A DNA stretch of 64,000 nt from the human T2T-CHM13v2.0 reference genome, Homo sapiens (GCF_009914755.1 NC_060935.1), one strand, 5' to 3'; positions 20,070 to 39,553 are shown, counted from the stretch's first letter. A program made the numbers and translations. The notes: a model not told the origin generated them from the sequence alone.

Positions 20070-20464
20070 TCAAAAAAAAAAAAAATAATGAGAAGGCTGT
20101 GCAGCATGGTGAGACCCTGTCTCTACAAAAATTTTTTTAAAAATTAACTGGGTGTGGTGGCACAGGCTTGTGATCCTACCTACCCCAGAGGCCAAGGCAG
20201 GAGGATCTCTTGAGCCCAGGTTACAGTGAGCTATGACTGTGCCACTGCACTGCAGCCTGGGTGACAGAGCAAGATCCTGTCTCTTAAATTAAAAAAATTT
20301 AAAAAAAAGAGGATAATTGTAATACAAACTGTAGTGTACCATTTGAAGATTCAGTGAGACAAAAGATATAAAGTGCTTGGCCAGGTGCCTCACGCCTGTA
20401 ATCCCAGCACTTTGGGAGGCCGAGGAGGGCGGATCATGAGGTCAGATCAAGACAATCCTGGCTA

Positions 20465-20698
<234 letters not shown>

Positions 20699-21455
20699 TT
20701 ATTATTATTATTAATACTGCTACTATTCCAGAACTGCCTTGTATGTCCATCATCAGGCTAGGGCTTTTCTCACACTGTTTAATCCAAAATGAATGTCCAT
20801 TCAGTCTGATTAACTCAATGGATATCCATCTCTGTTTCAACCCAATTACTTGCCATTTTTGCTTTGTCTATTATGTGAGAAATTTCAATGGAGTTGTTGG
20901 ATTTTAATGACGTTTGTCATGTGTCTGACAAGTATCAGAGATAAAGGAATGGAAGTAAGGAAGGGAACTAACATTTTTTACTCAGTGCCTACTGTGTGCA
21001 AGGAAGTGTGGAAGAGGCTTTACATATGTTAATTATTTTAGAAGATGGCGGCAATGTGTAGGGAATCACCATTTCTACTGGGCCCAAAGCCTAACATCTC
21101 AAAATAATGGGCTTCTTTTTATTTATACATTCTCTTGACAAACATGTATCTTACTAGACTGTGTGTTAGATGCTGGTGATACAAAATTAAGAGGATATAG
21201 TCCTTGCTATTTAGTAGTTTTAGAAGCTTATTTTTTCCCTAGGAATAATACAATGAACATTTCTTTACCCACTATTTAGATTCAACTTTTGTTAACATTT
21301 TGTCATGTTAGCTTCTTAAAAATCAGACATCATGATACTTTACGCTTGAATACTTTAGCTTGGGTTTTTAGAAATAAGGATATTTTCGGGCAGGTGCAGT
21401 GGCTCATGCCTGTAATCCCAGTACTTTGGCAGGCCGAGATGGGCGGATCACCTTA

Positions 21456-21970
<515 letters not shown>

Positions 21971-22870
21971 TTTTTGTAATAGTGTGGAGTGCCTGCAAAG
22001 GATATATTAAGCAGCCCATTGGATACACTGATCTTGAGCTAAAAATTTAGGTCTGAGTTGAAACTATAAATATGAAAGTCATTATTTTGTCAGTTTTAAT
22101 TGAAGCCATGGGAATGAATGTGATCACTTAAGGAGAAAAGGTGGAGAAGAGACCCAGGGATCATACCCTGAGGAATTTCAACCTTAAAAATCTGGGTAGA
22201 GGGAGAAAGTCTAATGAAGCTGAGAAAGAGAGACCATAGTGGAGAAAACCTGGATAGTATAGTATCATGGCAGGCAAGAGGAGAGCGTTTCAAGAAGGAA
22301 AGAGTGGCCAACCATGTTACAGTTTCAACTGTGCTACTGAGAGACCAGGAAAAACATGAACATGGTAGTATCCTTGGATTTTAGCAATCTAGAGGTCACT
22401 GGTGACCTTAGGGAGGGTAGTCTAGGTAGGTGGGGTGGATGGGTTGTGGAAATTAACCATGAGGTGACAAGTGAATGAAAGTCCAAGAGTTAGGAAAAAA
22501 ATGACTGTAGACAATGCTTTAAAAAAGTTTGAGACTGAATGGGTCAATAAAATATTGGCAGGAACTGAAGAGAGATGTAGGGTGAAGGAGAGGTTTTTTT
22601 AAAAATTGTTTATCTCTTAATTATACTTTTTATTTTGAGAGATATAAAAAATATAGAAGAGTAAAAGAGTAATATGTCAAATAAACCCAGAATTGGCAAC
22701 TATTAACATTTTGTCAGACTTTCATTGTCTTTTTTGTATTAAAACAAAAAGATCTATGTTCAAGTCATCATTATTCTCTAGCCTTGGTCTTATCCCTTAT
22801 CCTTCTCAACCATAGGCAAAGTTTATTTTGAATTGGTATATATTCTGAGGAAAGTCTTTTAAAAAAATTA

Positions 22871-22927
22871 TTAGGTTGGTGCAAAAGTAAAAATAATGGC
22901 AAAAACTGCACTTTTGCACCAACCTAA
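22871..22927. mobile_element. MADE1 (Hsmar1 mariner MITE), internally deleted, 57 bp
   Basis: TA|ttaggttggtgcaaaag...cttttgcaccaacctaa|TA: perfect 17-bp terminal inverted repeats and a TA duplication. Confidence 0.93.
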
Positions 22928-23055
22928 TACTATTAAAATTATCACCTGTTAAAAAATTGAAATGGATGCATATGGGAAGAATAAACTTAAACTGTACAAA
23001 AGTGTATATGATGAAAAGTGAAATTTTATTGCCCTTTCCCAGTCTTTTTTTTTGA

Positions 23056-23214
<159 letters not shown>

Positions 23215-23701
23215 TAGTAGAGATGGGGTTTCACCGTGTTAGCCAGGATGGTCTAGATCTCCTGACCTTGTGATCCAACCGCCTCGGCCTCCCAAAGTGC
23301 TGGGATTACAGGTGTGAGCCACCGCGCCCGGCCCTCTTTCCCAATCTTAACTCCCTCATGATATCCACTGATAGCAATTTCTTGTGTATCTTTCAGGAAG
23401 ATTTTATGTATATATGAAGATTTATATTATGTGTGTGTATGACTGTATCTTAATGCTGGACATTTAGGTCGTTTTTAGTTTTTTGCTGTTTCAAAAAATG
23501 GTACACCAGCCATTTTCGTATGTCTTTGTAAACTTGTTCCTGTACATTTGTAAGATAAATTCCTGGAATTGAAATTGCTGAGTCAATGCATTATGAATTG
23601 GAGATTTTGATAAGTATTGCCAGACTATCCACCAGAGAAGTTGTATTAATTTACATTTCTATTTTCCGGCCCAAACTGGGTTTTATAAAACATTTACTGT
23701 T

Positions 23702-24541
<840 letters not shown>

Positions 24542-25001
24542 TAACTCCTGACCTCAGGTGATTCACCCACCTCGGCCTCCCAAAGTGCTGGGATTACAGG
24601 CGTGAGCCACTGTGCCTGGCCCATTTATGTTTTTTTGTCAATTTTTCTATTGGATTGTTTACTTTTTCATTTTTGATTTGTAAGAACTTTTAATATAGTT
24701 CTTATATATTAAGGAAATTAGCATTTCTCTGTTACATATGCTTGTACTTTTTCTAGTCATTTATCCCTTGACTTTATGTTTGTGTTTTCTCCATTAAACA
24801 GAAGCTTTAGATTTTTATATAGTTATGTTTATTAATCTTTGATTTCTAGATTTTGTTTCATGCTTAAAAAGGTCTTTTCTACCCTAAGATTATTTTTAAA
24901 AATCCATGGCTGGGCATGGTGGCTCACGCCTGTAATCCCAGCACTTTGGGAGGCCGAGGCGGGTGGATCACAAAGTCAGGAGATCAAGACCATCCTGGCT
25001 A

Positions 25002-25211
<210 letters not shown>

Positions 25212-25427
25212 TCATATTACCTTCTGATAAATATTTTTTCTTTTCAATATGTGGTCCAGACCAGGTGTAGTGGGTTACGCTTATAACCTCAGCACTTTGG
25301 GAGGTTGAGGGGAAGATCACCTGAGCCCAGGAGTTTAAGACCATCCTGGACAACATAGGGAGACTCCATCTCTACAAAAAAAAAATAATTAGCCTGGTGG
25401 GATAGCGAGTGCCTGTGGTCCCAGCTA

Positions 25428-25919
<492 letters not shown>

Positions 25920-26455
25920 TCACTTGAGGTCAGGAGTTCTAGACCAGCCTGGTCAACATGGTGAAACCCTGTCTCTACTAAAAGTACAAAAATTAGCCAG
26001 GCGTGGTGGTCACACGCCCATAATCCCAGCTACTCCGGCAGCTGAAGGAGAATCCCTTGAACCTGGGAGGCGGAGGTTGCAGTGAGCCGAGATGTCTTGC
26101 CACTGCACGTCAGCCAGGATGACAGAGCAAGACTTGGTCTCATAAATAAATAAATAAATAAATAAATAAAACAAAAAAGTGTTCCATCTGGAATTATAAG
26201 TGGAGCATGAATATAGTTTCTGCCTCTTAATGAATGAATGAAGTCAGTTGTTTCAACATTTATTAAAATATCCATGTTTTTGGCTAGGCGTCGTGTCTCA
26301 TGTTTGTAATCTTAGCACTTTGGAAGTTCAAGATAGGTGGATCACCTGAGGTCAGGAGTTCACGACCAGCCTGACCAACATGGTGAAACCCCATCTCTAC
26401 TAAAAATAGAAAAATTAGCCGGGCGTGGTGGTGCTCCTGTAATTCCAGTTGCTCA

Positions 26456-26560
<105 letters not shown>

Positions 26561-27012
26561 TCAAAAAAAAAAAATCTGTGTTTTTCCTGGAGGTTTGAGA
26601 ATGTAACCTTTATCATATTCTAAGTTCCTGTGTAGATCTGGGATTTTTAAGTTTTTTATTTGGAGTCAGGATCTCTCTTTGCTGCCCGGACTTTGATACC
26701 ATCACAGCTCACCGCAGTCTTGAGCTCCTAGGTTCAAGGGATCCTTCCACCTTGGCCTCCCAAAGTGCTGAGATTACATGTGTGAGCCACAATACCCAGC
26801 CTAAGTCTAGGACTATTTTTTGTTTTGTTTTTTTTACTTAAAAATTTTTAAAAATAGAGACTAGGCCTTCTGCCTCGGCCTCCCAAAGTGCTGGGACCGC
26901 TCGCTCTGTCACCCAGGCTGGAGTGTAGTGGCACCATCACAGCTTACTGCAGCCTCAACCTCCCAAGCTCAAGCCATCCTCTCACCTCAGACTCCTCAGT
27001 AGCTGGGACTAA

Positions 27013-27414
<402 letters not shown>

Positions 27415-27944
27415 TAGCCAGGATGGTCTCGATCTCCTGACCTCGTGATCCGCCCGCCTCGGCCTCCCAAAGTGCTGGGATACAGGCGTGAGCCACCGTG
27501 CCCGGCCGGAACTACTTTTTAAACTTCATCTTGTTTCATTGATCTGTATATGTATTTGATGCCAGTATGAAACTGTTTTAAAGCTTTTTGGTTACTACAG
27601 TTTTTTAGTATATTTTAGTTTTTTATTTTTGAGATGGAGTTTTGCTCTTGTTGCCCAGGCTAGAGAGCAATGGCACGATCTTGGCCCACTGCAACCTCCA
27701 CCTCCCGGTTCAAGCGATTCTCCCGCCTCAGCCTCCTGAGTAGCTGGGATTACAGGCATGCGCCACCATGCCCAGCTAATTTTGTATTTTTAGTAGAGAC
27801 GGGGTTTCTCCATGTTGGCCAAGCTAGTCTCGAACTCCCGACCTTAGGTGATCCGCCCGCCTTGGCCTCCTAAATTGTTGGGATTACAGGCATGAGCCAC
27901 CCTGCCCAGCTGGTGGTATATTTTAGTATCTGGTAGCTACCTAA

Positions 27945-28199
<255 letters not shown>

Positions 28200-29003
28200 T
28201 AACTCTTGACCTCAGGTGGTTCACCCGCTTGGGCCTCCCGAAGTGCTGGGTTCACAGGCATGAGCCACCATGCCCAGCCTGTTTATTTTGTTTTTGAAGT
28301 TGGCATCAAATAGGGCACGTTAAATGGCTATTGGAAAAGATCCAATAGGAATCATTTTGAAAAGATATGTGGGGATAGTGCATAATTTTTTCAACATTTT
28401 TCTATTTGGAGAAATTTAAGTTGTTACCAAGATTTTGCAATGGAAACAACACTGTGATGAACATTCTTGGGCAATATTTGTGCCATTGTCTGATTACTTA
28501 GGGTACATTTCTGAAAGTAGAACTATTGGGTCAAAGGAAATACACATTTTTAAAGCTGTTGATGTGTATTATTACTAAATTGATCTCCAGAAAGATTGCA
28601 CCATTTTATACTTCTCTATTTGAGAATCCCTTTTTACATACTCATCAACATCGAGTATTATTTTTAATATTTGCTAATATTGTAGGTTAAAACGTGCTTT
28701 CCCTTGTGTTTGGAATTTTCATGTCTTTGATTACTAGTTGGTTGAACATATTTTTGTACATTTACTTGCTATTTATTTATTCTTTCCTTTGCCCATGTTT
28801 CAACTGTGACTGGAGAATAGTAGTCCCTAGAAGGTTCCAAGTCCCAGAATAACTCACTAATGTTGGCTCACCAGGATAATTTCCACTTGAAAGCACACAG
28901 TTTTGTTGGTATTTTTTATAGGTTCTTTCAGATATTTATTTTTGTTGTTGTTGTTGTTTTTGTTTTTGAGAGAGAGACGGTCTTGCTTGTGGCCCAGGCT
29001 TGA

Positions 29004-29168
<165 letters not shown>

Positions 29169-31271
29169 TAGGCTGGTCTTGATTTCCTGGCCTCAAGTAA
29201 TCTTCCCACCTCAGCCTCCAAAGTGTTGGGATTACAGGTGTCAGTCACTGCCCCCAGACTGAGATATCTTTAAAGTCAGAAATTTCAGAATTGAATTACA
29301 ATGATGTTCAGAAAGGAAGAGTAGGGAAAGTGCCCCATTCCTGCCTTCACCCATCCACTCCGTGTGTGGGCTCTGGGGACCATTCCAGCTGCTCTATCCA
29401 AGGAGGGGCTTGATTGTGGTGACCATCTTTTTCTTATTGATTTAAAAATAATAGACAGATAGAAGTAAATATATAAAACTAGATCTAAAGAGACAAGACG
29501 AAGGGAACTTAGAGTGCTCTCATTACAGCATGAATAAAAAGGTAGAAGCAGAGAAGCGTGGTATTTTCAGACCCAAGTAGTTCAGTGTAATTAGAACAAC
29601 TGAAAGAAATTTGAAAAGAAATTTTGAAAAATGTGGGCAGCTGGCAGGGACAAATCATTGCAGATTGTTTTGGTAAAATATCTTAAGAACCATTTTTGTT
29701 TTGTTTTGTTTTTAAATATACACTTACTGAGCACATACTGTTTGCCAGGTGGTGGCATTGTTTCTGCCCTGGAGGGCCTTACAGTCTGTTGAGTGGAGAG
29801 AATAACCTGTAATTAGCTTCTTCGCTGGGGGCTACCCCAATTTTTTTCTTTCCCTACCTGCATAGCCCTGTTAAAAATGCTTATCCCATTTCTGAATGAG
29901 AAATAATTATAACAAAGTTGTTTATCCCCATCCTGGATTGATGGGTTTAGTTCTCAGTTTAATGAACAAGAACATTGAAGGACAGTTGTCTCTGGCATAT
30001 GTAAAGGAAAGGGGAATGCTGTGGGAAATGTCATTGCATGATTACATCTTATAATTGTGATAATTGAAAGATTTTTAAAGCCTCCATTTGAAACCCTGGG
30101 GTTTTGTGTCTTTCTTTAGTAAGGAGTTGCCTTTTCTCTCAGGAGGCTGCAATGTTAATGTGACAGCAGGAAACCCACTTATTGACATGACACAGGGGAA
30201 AAGAATTCAGTTGAACTTATTGGAAATCAGAGGCTTTCAAACTTGTAAATTTTATAATTAAAACAACTGGCTAATTAAGCAGTTTAACCACTGGTAATTT
30301 GACCAAAACCTTTCATTTAAGGGGCAGAATGGTTCATTTAACAGTGGTTTGAACCAGCTTCTTAATTAAGCAGATGCTCTAATTATAGGAATTGCTCCAA
30401 ACTGAATTTTAAAATGCCTCCTTGCCAAGGAATTCCAGTAGATAAGAGGCTGAGGCAAACATTTGCAGTACTTTCACCTACGATGTGTTATCATCGCAAA
30501 GATCCTTTTTGGTTCTGCTTTTTGAAATTACAGATAGATGATTGAGTTTCTATGTACTACTTAAAGATGGTGATTGACATATGAGTTTTCTTTTTTATTT
30601 ACATAAAACGTTTTATTATATATTGGAGGCATGATAGAGCTATCACTATGAATTAAACTCTTGATGATCTTACCTAAGTGCTTACCTAAGAATTTCAAAC
30701 TTTGGGCAACAGAAAACCATCAAAATTTTACCTTCTGTCTCATTCATTGTTGTCTTTACAGTGCCTGGTATAATGCCTGACAAATAGTAAATATCTATAT
30801 TTTAAAACAATTGTCCAGCCTGGGCAACATGGCGAAACTGCATATCTACAAGAAATCCACAAATTAACCTGGTGTGGTGGCACGCACCTGGGACAAATTA
30901 AACTGGTGTGGTGGCACACCCTGTAGTCCCAGCTACTCGGGAGATTGAGATGGGAGGATCACTTGAGCCTAGGCACATCAAGGTTGCAGTGACCAAGATC
31001 ATGCCACTGCCCCCCAGCCTGGGCAACAGAGCGGTTCCTGTCTCAAAACAAGCAAACAAACAATTGTGTGTGTGCAATAAATAAATGGTTAGATTAATGA
31101 AAGAGAATAACATGATTAGATTTTTATTTTAAAAGGATTAATCTGTCAGCTCTCAAGGACGGAATAGAGGAGAGGGATGTTGGAGGGTGTAGGTGCAGAT
31201 CAACAACTTAGCGGGGGCTACCAATCTAATCTCCCTATTTCCTTCACATAAGAACCAAAATGATCTTTTAA

Positions 31272-31496
<225 letters not shown>

Positions 31497-32939
31497 TGAG
31501 TAGCAGGGACTACAGGCATGTACCATCACACCCGGCTAATTTTTGTATTTTTAGTAGAGACAGGGTTTCACCATGTTGGCCAGGCTGGTCTCAAACTCAT
31601 GACCTCAAGTGACCATCCGCCCCAGCCTCCCAAAATGCTGGGATTTCAGGTGTGAGCCACTTGCCCAGCCCACTCTCATCTCTTAGGTGCATTCTGTCCC
31701 TCTCACTTTGCTTCAGTCACACTGACAGCTTTTCTGTTCCTTGAATGTCCCAAGCTGTGTGCTACATTAGGGCCTTTACACATGCTGTTTCCTCTACCTG
31801 GAACACCCATCCTCCATTTTTTTCATCCAGTACACTTCTATTTGCCTTTCCAATATCTTATTTTATTTATTTGTTTTTGAGTGGATAATATATATATATA
31901 CAAGGAACAGATTTTAAAAGGTGCAAAGGAATATAAGTAACTCTCTTGCCTTTCTAGCTACTTCCCCCCCACTATCCCCCCTGGGGGTAACCACTATTAT
32001 AATTTTCTTCTGAATTCTGGTTTCAGTTAAAATCTCATTTTTTCACAGAGGCCTTCCCTGATGTTCTATTCCAAAAATAGGTCTATCTGTTGTATCACCA
32101 TAGCCCTCCCTGTGCTTTTTGTTTTCATCACTTACCAGAATTTGTAATTACTTTTTTTAGGAGAGAGGGTCTCGCTCTGTTGCCCACACTGGAGTACAGC
32201 ATCATGATAATAGTTCACTGCAGCCTTGAACTGGGCTCAAACAATCCTCCCACCACAGCCTCCTGAGTAGCTAGGGCTATAGGCACATGCCACCATGCCC
32301 AGCTAATTTTTTTTTTCCTTTTTATAGAGACAGGGTCTCTTCTATGTTGCCCAGCTGGTCTTAAACTCCTGGCCTCAAGTGATCCTCCTGCCTCAGCCTC
32401 CCAAAGTGCAGAGATTACAGGCATGAACTACCACACCTGGCCACAATTTGTAATCTTATATTTACTTTGTGACTATTAGTCTAATGATTCTGTCCTCCCA
32501 CTAGACTATAATCTCCATAAGCAGAGTTTTGTTGGCCTTGTCCCCAACCCTTTGCACGGTGTCTGGGATATCATTAGTACTCAATAATTAAGCCCTTCCT
32601 AAGCCTTGCCTGTTTCTCTAAGCTCATCTCTTGCCACCCTGATCCTCTTGCTCTACTTTAAAATTATCTCTGGCTCTTTCTCTGCCTATACCGTGTTTTC
32701 TCCTAACTCCTACTTATCCTTCAAGTTTTACTTAAAAGCCACTCACTCTAAGAACCCTTTCCTGGCACTCAAGTTCATCTTAAGTGCCCCTCCCGTGTAC
32801 AGTGCTTATCATAGACAGCCCTTATCACCTTGCATTGATATTAGTGTCTGTCTTCCTAGGTGGCAGGTTCTGTATTGCAGGGACTTAGTCTTTGTTCATT
32901 GTTGTAGCCCCAGCTTCTAGGGCAATGCGTGGTACCTAT

Positions 32940-33030
32940 CAAGCCTGCCATGGATATTGGGTTGGTTGTACACTGCACAACTCTGGTGTGTGCCATTCAT
33001 ATGATTGTGCAGTATAATGGTTGCTGCCTA
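32940..33030. mobile_element. MER91-like hAT-Tip100 remnant
   Basis: ggttgtacactgcacaactc...gccattca resembles recalled MER91A. Confidence 0.45.
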
Positions 33031-33849
33031 CCCTAATAGGTAATAATAAATATTTGTTGAATGGATGATCATACTTTGGAGAGTTCAGTGCTTTTTAGGA
33101 GGTCTTATTTTGAGTCATAATAAAATCTTCGATGAGGTTGGTTTTCAAGGTCCTGGCCTGAGGATCACTGTGTACCCATCAAAGAGATTTGGATATCAGC
33201 TCCATGGGTGGGTCCTCAGGTTGGAGAGTCTAGAGCCCGAAGTTGCAAAAGGTCAAAGGTCTTAGATTCAGAGAGATGAAACTGGGGCAGCAGTCAGGAA
33301 GATACCTTGGTTATATTCTGTGCTCTTTGGGAACCTCTGGCCAAAAATACCTCCCTATTCCTTACACGGTAAACTCTTACTCTGCTTTCAAGAATGCAGC
33401 TGTTTCCTCATCTGAACCTATTCCCCTGCACCCTGCACCCCCACCCCAAAGGCAGAGTTAGTTTTTTCTTCCTCTGAGCACCTATGACATTGCTCACGTG
33501 TCCATTAAAGTACTTAGTACACCGTAAGGTGATTATCTGCTTTCCTATCTTCCTTTCATACTATACCTCGAGTATCTCAAGGGAAAGTAGCATATTTTAT
33601 TTGTCTTTGTAACTGTCTCAGTGTCTATACAGTTATTGGCATGTAATTGTAAATGTGGATTAATGCATATCGTGGAAGGGATCCATGATATTTCTGGGTT
33701 GTCTTGATGAAATAGCGTGGATTGTAAATGTGGAGAAGTTCTCTGAAGCCAGTACTATCTCTGATAGGCCTCACACAGAGCAAACCTGCTTGGAAGCCCA
33801 TTTTAGAAAACAGAGGCCTAAGAAAACTTTTACTTGATGTCACTTAGAT

Positions 33850-34393
33850 CAGGAATCCCCAAACCCCAGGCCATGGACCAGTACGTGGTCTGTGACCTGT
33901 TAGGAACCAGGCCACACAGCAGGAAATGAGGGGCAGTTGAGCCAGGGAAGCTTCATCTGTATTTACAGCCCCTCCCAGCCACTCCCCATCACTCAAGCTA
34001 TCACCTGAGCTCTGTCTCCTCTCAGATCAGCTGTGGCGTTAGATTCTCATAGGAGCATGAACTCTTTTGTGAACTGCACATATGAGGGATCCAGGTTGAG
34101 CACTACTCATTCTGAGAATCTAATGCCTGATGATCTGTCACTGTCTCCCATCACCCCCAGATGGGACTGTCTAGTTGCAGGAAAACAAGCTCAGGGCTTC
34201 CACTGATTCTACATTATGGTGAGTTGTACAATTATTTCATTATATATTACAATGTAATAATAATATAAATAACATGCACAATAAATGTAATATGCTTGAA
34301 TCATCCCAAAACCACTTCCCCACTCCTCACATCTGTGGAAAAATTGTCTTCCATAAAATTGGTCCCTAGTGCCAAAAAGGTTGGGGACTGCTG
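33850..34393 (+). mobile_element. MER1A (hAT-Charlie non-autonomous DNA transposon), full length
   Basis: Termini caggaatccccaa / ttggggactgctg; 8-bp TSD acttagat (33842-33849) / acttagac (34394-34401); internal sequence matches recalled MER1A. Confidence 0.9.
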
Positions 34394-35001
34394 ACTTAGA
34401 CTTCTTCACACCATCTTGTGTTTAATACCTCACAGAGTGGTGACCCTGAAGAAATGAGGGCAGGACCACAGCAGCTTGAAGATCCCTCTTCAAGGAAGGA
34501 CTTGCTGCCCATATCTTGATGCCATATACACATACATATAGATACACACACATACACATGTTATCCTTTAACCCTCTTTATTATCCTCATTTATAAATAA
34601 AGAAGAAACAGTAGCTCAAAAAAATTTGGTGAAAGTAACCAGAAAGAAACAGGTGGGACTTCTATTTAAACTCAGGTCTATCTGACTGAACAGCCTGTGT
34701 CCATAACCACTAGGTTATAACACTTGATTTCTAGAATACAAAAATCTAGCTAGACCTGATCTGATTTCAGTTTCTTATCTCTACCCTATCTTTTCTTTTC
34801 TGTTTTTTTTTTTTTTTTTTTTTAATTTAGAGACAGGATCTTCTTATGTTGCCCGGGCTGAAGTGCAGCAGCTATTTGCACTACAACCTCAAACTCCTAG
34901 TCTCAAGCAATCCTCCTGCCTCAGCCTCCTGAGTAGCTGGGACTACAGACACATGCTACCACTATGGCTACCTGGGTCTACCACAATGTATATATATATA
35001 A

Positions 35002-35127
<126 letters not shown>

Positions 35128-35474
35128 TGAGTAACTGGGATTATATGCGTGCACCACCATGCCCAGCTAATTTTTGTATCTTTAGTAGAGATGGGGTTTC
35201 ACCATGCTGGTCAGGCTGGTTTTGAACTCCTGACCTCGTGATCTACCTGCCTCGGCCTCCCAAAGTGCTGGGATTACAGCCATGAGCCACCGCACCTGGC
35301 CAAGACCCTATTTTTTTAATCCAGTAGTAGCATACCTACATACTGTTCTACACTTTTGGTTTTTGTTTTTGTTGTTGTTCACTTAACGATATTTGTTGGA
35401 GGCTGTTTTCAGATCAGCACAAATAAATCAAGTTAGATGTTTTGTAAAACTGTATGGCCGGGCGCGGTGGCTCA

Positions 35475-35753
<279 letters not shown>

Positions 35754-36426
35754 TTATGGAATTCTATGCTCTTCCTCTTTGCTGGCTATTTTTGCTGCCT
35801 GTCTCTTTCTCTATATAGTCACAGTTAGAAAACTTCAAAAGGGAAGGCGAAAGGATTTTTTTTTCAAAAGAAAAAAAGAAAACCTCAAAAGGATTATTGC
35901 CTGTTGAGGAACAAGAAGAGATGAGAGCCCTCTGAGAATGTATTTTATCCCCTTACTGCCAGTGGCTTTATCAGGAGAGAATTTCTCAAAGAAAGATGAG
36001 TAGTGGGGATCGTGCATATTCTAGGAGCCAAAAGGAGAGAATAAGGGGACAAACTGAGAATCCGTCCAGGATCAAGAAATATCTATGGCTCCTTAAACCA
36101 ACAAGAGGTCAGCTACCACCAAATCTTCCCAGTCCTGCAGTGGAGAATTTGTCCCCTCAAATCATCTGCTGTTCCCAGAGGAGCTTAGAAAGAGGTTTTA
36201 ATATAGTTATTGTATGTTAAGGAAATTAGCATTTCTCTGTTACGTATGCTTTGTACTTTTTCTTGTCATCTAGTCCTTAACTTCATTTATTTATTTATTT
36301 TTTGTTGAACAGAAGTTTTAACTTTTTATATACTAAGTTTATTAATATTTGATTTCTAGATTTTGTTTCATGCTTAGAAAGATCTCCGAGATTACTTTTA
36401 AAAATCCTTACTGTTACCTTGTTTTT

Positions 36427-36432
<6 letters not shown>

Positions 36433-36468
<36 letters not shown>
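36433..36468. repeat. (TG)18 microsatellite
   Basis: Direct reading. Confidence 0.95.
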
Positions 36469-36472
<4 letters not shown>

Positions 36473-36795
36473 CATATTTTTTTTTCTTTTTTAAATTTGT
36501 AGTCCAAGCTAGGTGTGGTGGCTCACACCTGTAATCCTGGCACCCTGGGAGGCTGAGGTGGGAGGAGCTGCAGACCAGCTTGGGCAACATAGCAAGACTC
36601 CAGCTCTACAAAAAATAAAAGACATTAGCTGGGCATGGTAGCACATGCCTGTAGTACTAGCTACTTGGGGTCGGCGGGGAGGGGGGTGTGGGCTGAGGCA
36701 GGAGACTGTCTTGTACCAGAAGTTCGAGGCTTCAATGAGCTATGAGATGGCATTACATCCCAGCTTGGGTGACAGAGCAAGACCCTGTCTCTTAA

Positions 36796-37128
<333 letters not shown>

Positions 37129-37591
37129 TAGGCCAGGTTATAATAGTAAAAAGCAAATGGTTTTTATTTTTATTTTTTTTTGAGACAGGGTCTTGCTCTG
37201 TCACCTAGGCTGGAGTGCAGTGCATGATCACGGCTCACTGCAGCCTTGATCTCCTGGGCTCAAGTGATCCTCCCACCTGAGCCTCCCAAGTAGCTGGTAC
37301 TACAGGTTCTTGCCACCATGCCCATCTAATTAAAAAAAATTTTTTTATAGAGACAGGGTCTTGCTGTATTGCCCAGGCTGGTCTCAAGCTCCTGGCCTCA
37401 AGTGATCCTCCTGCTTCAGCCTCCGGAAGCATAGGGATTACAGGCATGAGCCACCATGGCTGGCCTGATTTTATTATTTGTAATACTTAAAAAAAAATCT
37501 TCCTAGTAGTGTACTTATTTCAGTATGGACCTCATAATGGAAATGATAATTCAGTTTAGTTGAGTGAATGAGTTGTGGCAAGTAGAGGTAG

Positions 37592-37844
<253 letters not shown>

Positions 37845-37904
37845 TGAACTCCTGACCCCAAGTGATCTGCCTGCCTTGACCTCTGAAAGTGCTGGGATAA
37901 CTGA

Positions 37905-38407
<503 letters not shown>

Positions 38408-39397
38408 TAATCCCAACTACTCGGAAGCCTGAGGCATGAGAATCACTTGATCCCAGGAGGTGGAGGTTGCAGTGAGCCGAGATCACGCCACTGTACTCTA
38501 GTCTGGGCAACAGAGTGAGACTCTGTCTCAAAAATAAATAGATAAATAAATTATGTGCTTCTTGAATCCTTTATCACAGGTAAGTGGATATTAGTTCTAA
38601 GCATTATGAAATTATTTAGCCCATTTCTTTGGCTCCAGTTAGATTTCTGTGTGTGTGCAGAGGATTTTCTTTTGGGGTGGATACAGCATGCAAGGTATAA
38701 GATCTGTCTTTCAATCTCAAGCCTGTCACTTCCTGCAAACAGTACAGTGGGGGGAGATTTTGGGGAGACTTCAATATCTCTTGGTTCTTTAGCTTATTTT
38801 AATGCTCCCACGCAACCACACATATTTCCTATTTACCTCTCTCTTCTTGGCAAGGTCCAATTCCACTGAATTTGGGCCTTAGAAACCACTAACCTTGCCG
38901 TGTTCTTCTGAGCTCATCCTTACAGTAAAGAATTTCAGGAGAAGAACATTACCACCTATCAGGCCTGTATTAGCCAGGCTCCCAGCAGGAAACAAATGCC
39001 CTACTAAAATTGTTCCTTTGTAGTGGGAAGTCTACTGAATTAGGAACAAGGAAACTTGTGTTCTAGGCTTGGTTCTGCCACTTTTCTGCCTTGTGACTTT
39101 GGGTAAGTCAACCTTCCCCGTCTAGGCATGGCGGGTCCTGAAATTATATGTAAAATGTTTGTTGTAGGTGAATTTTTCCGGGAAGAGAGTCCATAGTTTT
39201 TATCAGACTTTTCACAAAGGTAGAGAAATTCTGGATTAGAATATCTCTAAGACTAGAATTTCAACTTGTATGTCATGTAACTTCACGATGCTGTGCAATA
39301 TTTATTGAATATCTATTATGTGCTAGGAACTCTTGATGCCTTGCCTATTCAAGAGTGAGTTGCAAAATAATTCTTTTTTTTTTTTTTTTTTAAATAG

Positions 39398-39553
<156 letters not shown>

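Noticed and set aside
30859-30917. 25-bp local duplication in an Alu; also short repeats at 55692-55730
   Set aside because: Ordinary slippage-type events with no supporting structure.
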